A DNA stretch of 64,000 bases from an uncultured Collinsella sp. (lineage in GTDB: Bacteria; Actinomycetota; Coriobacteriia; Coriobacteriales; Coriobacteriaceae): contig CAJJTG010000001.1 in the NCBI GenBank assembly GCA_905194675.1, forward strand, positions 75,632 through 139,631. Direction: 5' to 3'. Below, one piece after another: positions 9,901 through 18,608 of this stretch. Each line of letters opens with the position of its first letter. Position 1 is the stretch's first letter. The position numbers were made by a program, and so were the translations under genes. Under the pieces are notes generated by a model. The model was not told the origin of the DNA. It ran no database searches and saw only the letters and a program-made list of their open reading frames with translations.

Positions 9901-12900
9901 GTGCCGACGTCTGACACGACGCTTCAGGCCGTGTTCTCGGCAAAACAATATACGGTGGACGTCTCGTGCGAGGAGAGCATGGGCACGGTCGAGGGCGCGG
10001 GGGCGTATGCCGCTGGACAGGTCGCAACCGTGCGTGCGGTCGCCGCCGAGGATACGGCTTTTGTGGGCTGGTTCCGTAACGGCACATGCGTGAGCTCCAA
10101 GAAAACCTATCGATTTACCGTGCGTGAGGATACGTCGCTCTATGCCGTCTTTGCGTCGGGTTCGTATGTCGTGCATACCGTTGCTTCGCCTGCCGAGGGC
10201 GGAGCCGTGAGCGGCTTTGGTGGCTATGAGGCTGGCGACCGCGCAACGCTTCGTGCGATCGCCAACACCGGGTATTCGTTTGCGGGTTGGACGGACGACA
10301 AGGGCGAGACAGTCAGCGAGAACGCCGACTATACTGTTAAGGTCGCGGGTGACGCCACCTATACGGCGACCTTTACGCCTAAGTCCTATCAGGTCGTTTT
10401 GAGCGCGAGTGACGATAGCGTTAGCACTCTGAGCGGCGAGGGCTCCTATCAATTCGGTGATACGGTCGAACTCAACGTTACGCCTACGGGAACCAAACGT
10501 TTTGTCGGCTGGTATGTCCTGGATGCCGAGGGCAACAAGTCGCTGCTGAGCTGCGACGCCCATTGTTGGGTTAAGCTCGACAAGGATATGGTCGAGGGGC
10601 TCGAGGACGATACGTTGGAGCTCCAGGCCGTGTTTGCCGATCCGTACGAGGTGACCGTTACGGGCGAGGTCGTGGTGAAGGACAAGACTTCGAACAGGGG
10701 CTGCCGTGTTACGGGCAGCGGTAGCTTTGCCGTGGGCGACCAGGTGGAACTGTCCGCTGTTGCCGGTATGGGCTATCGCTTTGTGGGCTGGAGCACCGAT
10801 AAGGAGGGCACCTCGATTGTCGAGACCGCGACGACCCTCGATGTGACCGCCACGCAGGACATAACGTACTACGCGCAGTTCGAATCCGATGGACAGGTGA
10901 CCATTACCGTCACCGGCTCGTCCATCTTCCGCGGTACGGCCCTTCTGGTCGACGGCATTCCTGCCGGTAGCAGGTCATACGACAGGGGTGACATGTTTAT
11001 GGCCATCGCGATCCCGTGGAAGAAGTACCACTTCTCGCATTGGGTCGACGATGCGGGTGTTACGGTGGGCTACAGCGCTTTCTATATCGGTACCGCCAAG
11101 GAGAATAAGCAGCTTACGGCTGTGTTCTACGAGACGGGCTGCGATGTTCAGGTCGCTACGTATCCCAAGGATGCGGGCTTTAGCATGGTTGCGCTTGGTA
11201 CCGGTGGCTCCTACCACTCCGCCGCGATTATGTTTACCGTGCCGCACAAGGGTTGGAAGTTTAAATACTGGGCCGACGAGAACGGCATGCCTGTGGGCGC
11301 CACACCGGTGATCAACCGCGTAGTGTTTGGCAACCGTACTTTTACGGCCGTTTATGAGCGGGCGTCGATGACGGTTACGGCGGTGGATTCGCGTCAGGGC
11401 GGACACGTCGAGGGCTCCTCCGAGGACGAATCTCTGGGCTATGCCGTGACCAACGAAGTCGAGAACGGTACGTCCACGACCCTGACTGCCGTTCCCGATG
11501 CGGGCTATGTGTTCGATGGGTGGTATGCGCGCAATGACGACGGGTCGTTGGGCGATGAGCCGCTGAGCACGGATGCTACCTGGACGTTTGTCCCCGAGGA
11601 CAACATGACCGTCGAGGCGCGCTTTGCGGAGGCGCCTAAGTACAAGGTGACGGCCCGAGCGGTCAACGGATCGGTTGATCCGGAGTCTGCTTTGGTCGCT
11701 ACGGATGGCAAGGTGACGCTTTCGGCGGCGCCCGATGAGGGCTGCTACCTGACGCGCGTGACCGTTGCCGAAGAGGCCGGTGATGACGGTTCGGCCGGTA
11801 ATGCCTATGACCTCGATATTTCTGACTATAAGGGTGGGGCGTACGAGGTCACACTGAGTGGCGTGAGTGCTCCGCAGCAGGTCACGTTTGAATTCGCAAA
11901 GGCTGCGGCTCCGGAGGTGCTCGCTCAGCCGCAGGATACGAGTGCTTATGAGGGCGATCCGGTTGAACTTTCGGTTGCCGCCGAGGCGGGGCGCAACGTT
12001 CGCGTCCATGCGGCCGTGTCTTCTGGATCCGCTGCAGACGTCAAGCTGAGCTACCAGTGGTATCGCGTGTCTGACGATAGCGGCAAGGCGGTGGCGCTGA
12101 AGAGCGAGACGGGGGAGACGCTTTCGATCGCCCAGCTCGACAGCGACGGCGAGGGCGAGTACTTCTGCCGCATTACGCAGAACTACCTGGGCACGGTGAC
12201 AAAGACGGATACCGAACATGCGAAGGTATCCATCGTGCCGCGAGAAGCACTTGTGTTTAACGGGCGCGTGCTGCCGGTGGCGACCGCTCACGATGAGTAC
12301 CGTGCAGAGATTGCTGGTGCTACGGGCGGCAAGGCACCGTATGCGTACAACTTGGATGATGTTGAGGTTCCTGAGGGCATGCAGCTGACGCTGGCAGATG
12401 ACGGATCGGGCGCCTTGGTGCTCTCGGGCGTGCCTGCGGCTACGGGTGTGCATAGCTTCAAGATTAGGTGCACTGATGACCTGGGCAACAAGTGCGATGC
12501 GCACTTCGCGCTGCTCGTGAAGGCGAAGGAAGTCCCGCTTGCATTTGAGGGCCAGACCTTTACCTACAACGCGACGGCGCAGGCCCCGGAGCTTTCGGGC
12601 GTGCCCGAGGGTTGCGAGGACGATGTCAAACTGACCTATGTTGGCACGGGCGACACACATTACTCGTCGGATCAGGCGCCGGTGGATGCCGGCACGTATC
12701 GTGCGGTGGTGACGCTCGACGCCAAGGGATATGTCGGTAATGCCTCCTGTGACTTCACGATCGAGAAGGCCCCGGTCGATATTTCGATCGAGACGTCTGA
12801 TGTGACATACGATGGCGCACGACACGGTGCGGCGGTTGCGGTTGCCGGCCTTGATGCGTCTGGCTATTCCGTTGCCTATTGCGGTATAGATGGAACGTCC

Positions 12901-15900
12901 TATGGTCCGACGGCGCTGGAGCCGTGCGACAGTGGCAACTACCGCGTCACGGCTAAGGTGACTGACTCCAACTATCAGGGTAAAGAGTCCGCCGAGTTCT
13001 CGATTGCAAAGGCAAGCCAGGTCATTACGGGAACGACGAGCTATTCGGGCGTGTACGGTGGAGACCCCATTGTGTTTAACAACGTTGCCCAGACTCCCGT
13101 GACTTTTGAGCTGGTCGATTCCGATGACGATACGGGCCCGGTTTCGATTAAGGGACGCTGCGCGACGGTGAAGGCTGCCGGTACGGCACGTGTTGTCGCC
13201 CATGCCAAGGCGTCTCGAAACTATCTTGCCGCCGAGGACGTCGAGTTGACGGTTTCCGTTGCACCTGCCCAGTTGCTGGTGAAGGTCGACGATGCCGAGC
13301 GCTTTGAGGGCCAGGAAAATCCCGAGTTTACCTCCAGCTTGGTGAGCCGTTGCGACACCTCGGACGTTAAGGTTACGTACTTCTGCTCGGCGAATAAGAA
13401 ATCGCCGGCGGGTGAGTACCAGATCGACGCGGCGGTTGCGGATCCGAACTTTGATGTCGCGGTCGACCCCGGTACGCTGACGGTCAAGAAGAAGCCCGAG
13501 CACTACAAGGTGACGGCGAAGGCAGTCAACGGTTCGGTCGACAATGCTTTGGTTTCGGTTGTTGAGGGCGGGGACGCGACCCTCTCGGCGACGCCCGACG
13601 AGGGCTGCTACCTCGAGCGCGTGACGGTCGTGCAGGCCGGCTCGGATGCGACCGTTGACCTCGACATTTCTGATTACAAGGGCGGGGCGTACGAGGTCAC
13701 GCTGAACGATGTCACCGCATCGCAGGAGGTCACGTTCGAGTTTGCGAAGGCGGACGCTCCGCGTGTGGTCGCGCAGGCGCAGGACGTGAGCGTCCACGAG
13801 GGCGATACCGTCGCGCTCTCGGTCGCTGCCGAGGCAGGCAAGAACGTCGCCGACCACGCGGCCTCGTCCACGGGTTGCGCTGCCGAGGTTGAGCTTTCCT
13901 ACCAGTGGTTCCGCATGGCGAATGGCAAGGCCGTGGCGCTCGATGGCGAGACGGGGGAGACGCTCTCGCTCGCGGACCTCGATGACGAGAAAGCCGGCGA
14001 GTACTTCTGCCGCATCACTCAACGCTACCTTGGTACTGAGAAGCAAGCGGACAGTGATTGTGCCGCCGTTTCCGTCGTGCCGTGGGACACCCTTGTGTTT
14101 AACGGCGACCTGCTGCCGGCAGCGAGCGCGCACGGCACGTACCTCGCAACGATTGCCGGGGCCGCGGGCGGCAAGGCTCCGTACGAGTACGCATGGGATG
14201 AGACGAAGCTCCCCGACGGGTTCAAGCTTTCCCGTACACCGGGCGGTCTGACGCTCTCGGGCATCCCGTCCAAGACGGGCGTTTCCGCCTTTGATATCAC
14301 TTGCAGGGATGCTCGTGGCGAGGCCATGACCGCCCGCTTTGCGCTCGTTGTCCAGGCAAAGCACGTAAAGCTATCGTTCACGGATAGCGACTTTACCTTT
14401 AATGGCGCGTCGCAGGCGCCCGAAGTTTCCGGTGCTCCTAAGGTCTGCAAGGGCGACCTTAAGGTCTGGTACTTTGGTACTGGAAGCACGCAATATTCCT
14501 CGACGGAGGCCCCGACTGATGCCGGCACGTACCGCGCTGTCGCCACGCTGCGCGGCCACGGCTACATCGGTGCCGCCGCCTGCCAGTTTGAGATCGCTCT
14601 GGCAAAGCTCAAGGTGAAGGTTGACGACGCCGAGCGGTTCGAGGGCGAGGCGAACCCAGCGTTTACCTCGAGCCTGGAGAGTGCGGTTGACACTTCGGGT
14701 GTGAAGGTCGAGTATTCCTGCGATGCCGATGAGAGCTCTCCTGCTGGCGAGTACCAGATCGGCGCGACGGTCACCGACCCGAACTTCGATGTCGAGGTCG
14801 TGCCCGGAACGCTGACGGTGAAAAAGAAGCAGGAGCCCGTCGATCCAGACCCGGTGGTTCCGGACCCGGACAATCCTGATCCGGACAACCCGGATCCCGA
14901 TCAGCCTGATCCTGGTCCCAACCCCGACCCGGATCCTAACCCTGAACCTGATAATCCTGATCCGGGCCCCAAGCCGGATCCCGATAATCCCGACCCTGAT
15001 AACCCCGAGCCCGATAACCCGGACAAGCCCGAGCGCATTGAGGTGACGGCAAAGGCGGTCAACGGTTCGGTCGACAACGCTTCCGTCACCGTTGATGCGG
15101 GCGGCGACGTGACGCTCTCGGCGACGCCCGACAAGGGCTGCTACCTCGAGCTGGTGACGGTCACGGAAGCCGGCTCGGACAAGGCCATCGATCTCGATAT
15201 CTCCGACTATGAGGGCGGGGCGTACGAGGTCACGTTGAGTAGCGTCACCGCGTCGCAGGAGGTCACGTTCGAGTTCGTGAAGGCGGACGCTCCGAAGGTG
15301 ATCGCCCAGCCGCAGGATGCGAGCGCCCACGAGAGCGATGCTGTCGTGCTCTCGGTTGCTGCCGAGGCGGGCAAGGGCGTCCTCGACCACGCGTCCTCGT
15401 CCACGGGTTCCGCCGCTGATGTCGAACTGTCCTATCAATGGTTCCACATGGTGGGCGGCGAGGCCGTGGCGCTCGAGGGCGAGACGGGGGAGACGCTCCT
15501 CATCGAGGGCCTCGATGACGATTGCGCCGGCGAGTATTTCTGCCGCGTCACCCAGCGCTACCTTGGTACCGAGACGCAGGTGGAAAGCGATCGTGCCGTC
15601 GTTTCCGTTGTGCCCCGGGATGCCCTTGTGTTCAACGGCGGTCTGCTGCCGGTCGCACGTGCGCGTAGCACGTATCGCGCGACGATTTCGGGCGCCGCGG
15701 GTGGCGAAGCTCCGTATGAGTACACGTGGGACGACGCTAAGCTCCCCGACGGGTTTAAGCTTACCCGCACAGCGGGCGGTTTGACGCTCTCGGGCACCCC
15801 GTCCAAGGTCGGAGTGTCTACCTTTGACATCACGTGCAAGGATGCTCAGGGCAAGACCGTGACCGCGCACTTTGTTCTTGTCGTTCAGGCGAAGCGGGTC

Positions 15901-16824
15901 GAGCTTGCATTTGAGGGCGGCAACTTCGTCTATAGCGGTGACGCCCAGGCGCCCGAGGTCACGGGGGTTCCCAAGGCCTGCGAAGGTGACCTGAGGGTCA
16001 GGTATTACGGGACGGGCGGCACGCACTATTCGTCGAGTGGGGCCCCGACCGATGCCGGCACATATCGCGCCGTTGCCACGCTGCGAAGCGACGGGTATAT
16101 CGGCGCCGCCTCGCGCAAGTTCAAGATTTCACCGGCGAAGCTTAGGGTAAAGGTCGACGATGCTGAACGCTTCGAGGGAGAGGCGAATCCCGCCTTTACC
16201 TCGAGCCTAAAGAGCTCGGCCGATACCTCGGGCGTGAAAGTCGAGTACTCCTGCGTCGCCGATGAGAGTTCCCCGGCGGGCGAGTACCAGATCGGGGCGA
16301 CGGTCGCCGACCCGAACTTCGATGTCACGGTTGAGCCCGGTACGCTGACGGTGAAGAAGAAGCAGGAGCCTGTCAACCCGGACCCGGTGGTTCCCGATCC
16401 GGACAAGCCCGATGGACCCGATCCGGACAAGCCGGACCCGGACAAGCCCGAGCCTGACCAGCCTGATCCGGGCAAGCCTGAGCCCGACAAACCGGAGCCT
16501 GATCAGCCGGACAAGCCGGACCCGGATAACCCGGATAAGCCGGAGCCCGGCAACCCGGACCCGGATAAACCCGGGACGCCCGATTCCGACCAGCCGGATT
16601 CAAAGGATCCGACAAAACCCGGTAGTTCGGATGACTCCGCAGCTGATAAGGCAAAGGCATCGGGCGCGGAAAACTCCGGCAAGAAGGAATCTTCCAAGTC
16701 GAGCGCTCAGCAGCTCGCCGACACGGGCGATCGTGCGCCATTGGCCGTCGCCGTCGCTGTAGGCGCCGTTGCGCTTGTCGCGCTGGGACTCGAACTGCTG
16801 CGTCGCCGTCGCTCGGACGCGTAA
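3916..16824 (+). CDS. Giant (4302 aa) cell-wall-anchored surface protein / adhesin. Composition: signal peptide, Ser/Asp-rich acidic region, 2 BspA-type LRR modules, many Listeria-Bacteroides (Flg_new) repeats, 3 Ig/MBG-like megarepeats, Pro-Asp linkers, LADTG sorting signal
   Basis: Single uninterrupted ORF. N-terminal signal peptide (MNRITAALYRFLVVYLSVAMVVTSIPLAPRAAYA). Repeated GY(R/V)F(V/D)GW motifs. YQW...GEYFCR Ig-like motifs. C-terminus has LADTG (nt 16714-16728) followed by a hydrophobic segment and RRRRSDA tail, i.e. an LAXTG (class E sortase) type signal. Confidence 0.85.
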   Translation: MNRITAALYRFLVVYLSVAMVVTSIPLAPRAAYADDAGALAVESEAQETDSGSDTDAVDESSSSDESASSASSDQENNTQDDSSSAASDAPGTSLAQDLTSAVTDSDAAKSSPATSESSSDDSEVDPLVYEDPTVYEYAKLMPNGYVYPCDAGGSVTVEIDGNDPYGSSVDGKLVTNLIVDYGVDGVPGYICEYSSNLRSVRFENSSISSIGLHAFSGCSNLADISFSGMTIGSIGTGAFSGCGSLTSLNINDVATIGSMGDAAFAWSGLRSTGLDKVVGLSSIPENAYNACSALTDTGLGGNTSITSIGVNAFKNCSRLATTGLESNTTIKTLREGCFSGTNMSGGLTLPLYSKIEELPSRAFYGSKLETVYLGCDHVVLINSTTFPKQYMTVMVPAKMVSQYESGHPKEVWESCNGSLPVPVGKMLQKIEISRDPDKMAYQPGEKISLEGMSVTFQYPHSTMDSDYEALIKEELGEYLTATPCDGDVFDESMDGEPIQLVYDDGYTRLVAYSKGNLQQAAYEYAKLMPNYYLYPCDANGNLTVEIDENSPRENSVDGRMVTNLIVDYGVDEVDAQLCADSTNLRSVRFENTSISKFGLHAFYNCPNLTDISLSGMTIGTIGKEAFYGCKSLASLNISETTTIGSMGDAAFAESGLVSTGLDKVIGLTSIPDRAYEGCKALTDTGLDKNASITSIGVCAFRFCSNLATTGLESNTTVETLGHTCFYGTDLSGGLTLPYNSKIEELPEKAFGSTNLETVFFGCNHAVLINTDTFPKYNMTVMVPARMIPKYANGHPKAVWERCNGCLPVPVGKVLENVGISRDPNNMTYETGETISLEGMSVELDYPHTVSIWNYEALIQEELGEYLTATPCDGDVFDESMDGQPVKLVYDDGYSHFETQTKGTLRLKKPEPTSFQISYAQTIDKGERKLMDGVELPDVSGATTIDAGAEVTLDAGALGMLNDNITFKGWYDTESGKYISKETAYTFTPDKDLSLEARFKLKDYAVHVNDAQATDSSQDYAHLSVTAQNCYRNAGETVEVSAVTDNALFLGWYLGEGDDAYAASDQLDFTYTVDKADAIVSEDKTDARIEITPRYCAPQASVVLSVDGVDENGQPLGQFLSTGLYGIGSRVTVVAVPMPGYVFDYATDALGNVVFTGDDGPSYTFVLEGDVQYTAHFREATDPDESLAALKAALIAAITAAAVLATMYGLGEIVDPIAADAVIEIGMADNIEDVAAVGTKVLKEIKDIIDDHKKPKPHGDHKIEIIATAQPEVGGVVTGGGIHYEGTVATLEAVANPGYRFVCWKENGVEVSTSPLKTMTITDLTPEVVKMTAVFEKKVEVTAVAEADGIQADFSTGCTASPVKQSITRGDQAMVIASEGPDYAFVGWFEDGIEVSPERTYIFEAEVDRHLVARFRKADKTILVNTDPFDSAEVLCDGMPVVDGKVRAKDGDILTFTMRPKVRPDNPEKTYRFVEWRETDAQGITIANKQEVCEYRVNGNARIEAVMDGRDTHTVRAEADPLEGGTVTLKRGETAGMVLEVPEGERVTAEATPSEGYIFDGWYLSNGGSDTTSTLVSSERSYTFEPITDCVVQAKFTRACKVDVVVEPAAAMAGKYMVHGEGYCMKGEPATLSIELTAEASKQFTFKGWYDAKTDLLLGTDPSYLEFYPEDVECTVRAVFEENTYTVTAKAKKTFVERGTVEIEGHPGVSSVTCGYGDTVMLKAKANDGYRFDHWKDDSGKEYDSAELVVKVTKCDTYTAIFTDSKPEVMVTADSWLGGTVTCNGTVVNPTTDTFKLGETLHLTAKAHPGFLFWGWYVNGRLKSLKHETSLVAKARGKTGHCVITAAFVPIDTVCVPLADPAEGGTVKASRILADRGAEVALKATPNPGYVFTGWYTADGTFESADAEFTCHQERSHVHVARFMAKSYEVDATTVVDSGTGSLVESSVAGWVEGAGTVEAGHAATLTAHALSGYAFEYWADASGAVVSRDSTYHVVPTSDTTLQAVFSAKQYTVDVSCEESMGTVEGAGAYAAGQVATVRAVAAEDTAFVGWFRNGTCVSSKKTYRFTVREDTSLYAVFASGSYVVHTVASPAEGGAVSGFGGYEAGDRATLRAIANTGYSFAGWTDDKGETVSENADYTVKVAGDATYTATFTPKSYQVVLSASDDSVSTLSGEGSYQFGDTVELNVTPTGTKRFVGWYVLDAEGNKSLLSCDAHCWVKLDKDMVEGLEDDTLELQAVFADPYEVTVTGEVVVKDKTSNRGCRVTGSGSFAVGDQVELSAVAGMGYRFVGWSTDKEGTSIVETATTLDVTATQDITYYAQFESDGQVTITVTGSSIFRGTALLVDGIPAGSRSYDRGDMFMAIAIPWKKYHFSHWVDDAGVTVGYSAFYIGTAKENKQLTAVFYETGCDVQVATYPKDAGFSMVALGTGGSYHSAAIMFTVPHKGWKFKYWADENGMPVGATPVINRVVFGNRTFTAVYERASMTVTAVDSRQGGHVEGSSEDESLGYAVTNEVENGTSTTLTAVPDAGYVFDGWYARNDDGSLGDEPLSTDATWTFVPEDNMTVEARFAEAPKYKVTARAVNGSVDPESALVATDGKVTLSAAPDEGCYLTRVTVAEEAGDDGSAGNAYDLDISDYKGGAYEVTLSGVSAPQQVTFEFAKAAAPEVLAQPQDTSAYEGDPVELSVAAEAGRNVRVHAAVSSGSAADVKLSYQWYRVSDDSGKAVALKSETGETLSIAQLDSDGEGEYFCRITQNYLGTVTKTDTEHAKVSIVPREALVFNGRVLPVATAHDEYRAEIAGATGGKAPYAYNLDDVEVPEGMQLTLADDGSGALVLSGVPAATGVHSFKIRCTDDLGNKCDAHFALLVKAKEVPLAFEGQTFTYNATAQAPELSGVPEGCEDDVKLTYVGTGDTHYSSDQAPVDAGTYRAVVTLDAKGYVGNASCDFTIEKAPVDISIETSDVTYDGARHGAAVAVAGLDASGYSVAYCGIDGTSYGPTALEPCDSGNYRVTAKVTDSNYQGKESAEFSIAKASQVITGTTSYSGVYGGDPIVFNNVAQTPVTFELVDSDDDTGPVSIKGRCATVKAAGTARVVAHAKASRNYLAAEDVELTVSVAPAQLLVKVDDAERFEGQENPEFTSSLVSRCDTSDVKVTYFCSANKKSPAGEYQIDAAVADPNFDVAVDPGTLTVKKKPEHYKVTAKAVNGSVDNALVSVVEGGDATLSATPDEGCYLERVTVVQAGSDATVDLDISDYKGGAYEVTLNDVTASQEVTFEFAKADAPRVVAQAQDVSVHEGDTVALSVAAEAGKNVADHAASSTGCAAEVELSYQWFRMANGKAVALDGETGETLSLADLDDEKAGEYFCRITQRYLGTEKQADSDCAAVSVVPWDTLVFNGDLLPAASAHGTYLATIAGAAGGKAPYEYAWDETKLPDGFKLSRTPGGLTLSGIPSKTGVSAFDITCRDARGEAMTARFALVVQAKHVKLSFTDSDFTFNGASQAPEVSGAPKVCKGDLKVWYFGTGSTQYSSTEAPTDAGTYRAVATLRGHGYIGAAACQFEIALAKLKVKVDDAERFEGEANPAFTSSLESAVDTSGVKVEYSCDADESSPAGEYQIGATVTDPNFDVEVVPGTLTVKKKQEPVDPDPVVPDPDNPDPDNPDPDQPDPGPNPDPDPNPEPDNPDPGPKPDPDNPDPDNPEPDNPDKPERIEVTAKAVNGSVDNASVTVDAGGDVTLSATPDKGCYLELVTVTEAGSDKAIDLDISDYEGGAYEVTLSSVTASQEVTFEFVKADAPKVIAQPQDASAHESDAVVLSVAAEAGKGVLDHASSSTGSAADVELSYQWFHMVGGEAVALEGETGETLLIEGLDDDCAGEYFCRVTQRYLGTETQVESDRAVVSVVPRDALVFNGGLLPVARARSTYRATISGAAGGEAPYEYTWDDAKLPDGFKLTRTAGGLTLSGTPSKVGVSTFDITCKDAQGKTVTAHFVLVVQAKRVELAFEGGNFVYSGDAQAPEVTGVPKACEGDLRVRYYGTGGTHYSSSGAPTDAGTYRAVATLRSDGYIGAASRKFKISPAKLRVKVDDAERFEGEANPAFTSSLKSSADTSGVKVEYSCVADESSPAGEYQIGATVADPNFDVTVEPGTLTVKKKQEPVNPDPVVPDPDKPDGPDPDKPDPDKPEPDQPDPGKPEPDKPEPDQPDKPDPDNPDKPEPGNPDPDKPGTPDSDQPDSKDPTKPGSSDDSAADKAKASGAENSGKKESSKSSAQQLADTGDRAPLAVAVAVGAVALVALGLELLRRRRSDA
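4321..6600 (+). repeat. Two tandem ~1.15-kb in-gene repeats encoding LRR (BspA-like) modules
   Basis: YEYAKLMPNGYVYPCDAGG... (from 4321) and YEYAKLMPNYYLYPCDANG... (from 5491) align nearly residue-for-residue over ~380 aa. Confidence 0.7.
11638..16360 (+). repeat. Three tandem in-gene megarepeats (~1.86, ~1.54, ~1.32 kb). Repeats 2 and 3 are each followed by a Pro-Asp-rich (PDPDNPDP...) linker (nt 14836-15030 and 16363-16600)
   Basis: Units begin KYKVTARAVNGSVD (11638), HYKVTAKAVNGSVD (13501) and RIEVTAKAVNGSVD (15040). High nucleotide identity, e.g. the DLDISDYKGGAYEVTL segments. Confidence 0.75.
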
Positions 16825-16888
16825 CGGCTCAAAAGGGGCGGCTAGATTGAAGCTTTGCGCGATTTAGTCTGCTAAAGCGTATATACTT

Positions 16889-16925
16889 GCGGGACGGGTC
16901 TTTTGCCCGTCCCGTTTTTGTTTTG
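16889..16925 (+). terminator. Rho-independent terminator after the giant surface-protein gene
   Basis: gggacggg-tcttttg-cccgtccc stem followed by a gtttttgtttt T-run. Confidence 0.7.
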
Positions 16926-16942
16926 ACTCGAAAGGTGGTCCC

Positions 16943-18301
16943 ATGGCTTCATTCGCTCCGCGCGGTCTGCGCTCCGACCATGTCGTCACCGTCGGCATCG
17001 CTCTGTTCTCGATGCTCTTTGGCGCCGGCAACCTCATTATTCCGCCGCTGCTGGCGCTGCAGGCAGGTTCCGCCACGCCGGTCGCCATGTTCGGCTTTCT
17101 GATTGCCGCCATCGGCCTGCCCGTCATGGGCTTTATCGCCGTGGCGCTTGCCGGAACGGCGCGCGAGCTTGCTGGCCGCGTGCACCCCAAGTTTGGCGAG
17201 TTCTTTGTCGCGGCGGTGTATCTGGCCATTGGCCCGTGCCTGGCCATTCCGCGTACGAGTTCCACGGCCTTCGAGATGCTGGTGCCGCTGTTGCCCGAGG
17301 GCGTCTCGCTCGGCACGGCGCGCCTGGTGTTTGCCGTCGGCTTCTTCGTCGTCGCGTTTGCGCTCACGCTGCGCCCGGGCGTCATCACACGCGTGCTCGG
17401 CCGCATTACGGGCCCCGCGCTCATTGCCCTTATCGTGTTGGTCGTGGGTGCCGCCGTGGTCTCGCCGCTGGGTCCCGCTGCCGCGCCGCAGGCTCCCTAT
17501 AATGCCGGTGCTGCCGTGCAGGGCTTTTTGACCGGCTATCAGACCATGGACCTGCTCGCGTCGCTCGCCTTTGGCATCATCATCGCCGAGACTATCCACG
17601 AGCTGGGCGTTACCGATGACAAGCGCGTTGCCTTCGAGATTTCGCGCTCCGGCGTGATCGCCGGTGTGCTCATGGCCATCATCTACTGCGGCCTGGCGCT
17701 TGCCGGCGCGCAGCTCAGCACCGTGATGCCCGATGCCACCAACGGTGCCGCCATCCTTGCCCGTTCGGCCTCCATGCACTTTGGTCTTGCCGGCACGGTC
17801 GTGGTCTTTGCGATCTTTTTCCTCGCCTGCATGAACGTGTGCATCGGCCTTATCAGCTGCTGCTCGCGTTACTTCTGCGAGACGTATGTGGTTAAAGGGG
17901 GAGCGGAGGCTTCCGAGGAGGCCATGCGCCGTCCCTTTGCGGTTCTCGCCTTTGTGTTCGCGACGTTTTCGTGCGTGCTCTCCAACGTGGGTCTCGACGT
18001 GATCCTCATGTTCTCGGTGCCCATGCTCAACGCCCTGTACCCCGTCGCCATCGTGCTGGTGCTTATGGGTCTGGTGCACGGTTTTTGCGACGCGCATCCG
18101 CAGGTGTGGGTCTGGGTCGGCGGCGTTGTCGCAGTGCAGAGCGTGATTACCTCGGTCCGCGATGCGTTCTTTACGGGCGCGTGGCTGCCGTTCGATGCGC
18201 TGCCGCTGGCAGACATTGGAGCCGCGTGGGCGCCGGTTGCCGTGGTGGCGTTTGTGATCGGCCTGCTCCACAGTCGGTTTGTCGTACATTCGAGGAGCTA
18301 G
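16943..18301 (+). CDS. brnQ: Branched-chain amino acid transport system II carrier (LIVCS family)
   Basis: FGAGNLIIPPLL signature. ~12 predicted TM segments. RBS gaaaggtgg upstream. Confidence 0.8.
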   Translation: MASFAPRGLRSDHVVTVGIALFSMLFGAGNLIIPPLLALQAGSATPVAMFGFLIAAIGLPVMGFIAVALAGTARELAGRVHPKFGEFFVAAVYLAIGPCLAIPRTSSTAFEMLVPLLPEGVSLGTARLVFAVGFFVVAFALTLRPGVITRVLGRITGPALIALIVLVVGAAVVSPLGPAAAPQAPYNAGAAVQGFLTGYQTMDLLASLAFGIIIAETIHELGVTDDKRVAFEISRSGVIAGVLMAIIYCGLALAGAQLSTVMPDATNGAAILARSASMHFGLAGTVVVFAIFFLACMNVCIGLISCCSRYFCETYVVKGGAEASEEAMRRPFAVLAFVFATFSCVLSNVGLDVILMFSVPMLNALYPVAIVLVLMGLVHGFCDAHPQVWVWVGGVVAVQSVITSVRDAFFTGAWLPFDALPLADIGAAWAPVAVVAFVIGLLHSRFVVHSRS

Positions 18302-18392
18302 GGTATCGTCGCTTGCACAGGCGGGGAGTCTCCCCTATAATTTCCTTCGCTTTGGGACACGCAAGGTTTAGACCTTAGCTGCTCAACACCTT

Positions 18393-18469
18393 CGGGACGT
18401 GGCGCAGTTTGGTAGCGCGCCTGCTTTGGGAGCAGGATGTCGCAGGTTCAAATCCTGTCGTCCCGACCA
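18393..18469 (+). tRNA. tRNA-Pro (anticodon TGG)
   Basis: CGGGACGTGGCGCAG...CGTCCCGACCA. Anticodon loop ctTTGGGag. T-arm GGTTCAAATCC. CCA encoded. Confidence 0.85.
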
Positions 18470-18475
18470 TATCTT

Positions 18476-18549
18476 GCGGGCGTAGTTCAATGGTAGAACC
18501 CCAGCCTTCCAAGCTGATGACGCGGGTTCGATTCCCGTCGCCCGCTCCA
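18476..18549 (+). tRNA. tRNA-Gly (anticodon TCC)
   Basis: GCGGGCGTAGTTCAATGGTAGAAC...CAGCCTTCCAAGCTG... closely resembles E. coli glyT. Acceptor GCGGGCG/CGCCCGC + T + CCA. Confidence 0.85.
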
Positions 18550-18608
18550 TAGGATAGTTTTAACGGCTTTGGCTCCATTTGGTGCCAGAGCCGTTTTCAT
18601 AAGCGTGT

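Noticed and set aside
10975-14364. 1129-aa ORF on the minus strand inside the giant surface-protein gene. The same applies to other long antisense ORFs in this span such as 14371-16026 and 7471-9117
   Set aside because: Lies entirely antisense to a well-supported + strand CDS with clear domain structure. Long stop-free antisense frames are expected at this GC content. The translation is low-complexity (Arg/Gly/Ala-rich) with no recognisable domain.
16363-16600. Pro-Asp-rich low-complexity DNA (also 14836-15030) considered as a separate microsatellite or contingency repeat
   Set aside because: It is in frame within the giant CDS and encodes PDPDKPEP-type linker segments. It is not an independent feature, though it may vary in length between strains.
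18375-18578. 67-aa minus-strand ORF overlapping tRNA-Pro/tRNA-Gly. Also the 89-aa ORF at 18734-19003 inside the large palindromic repeat
   Set aside because: These overlap tRNA genes or a structured repeat element. No RBS or protein similarity. Most likely spurious.
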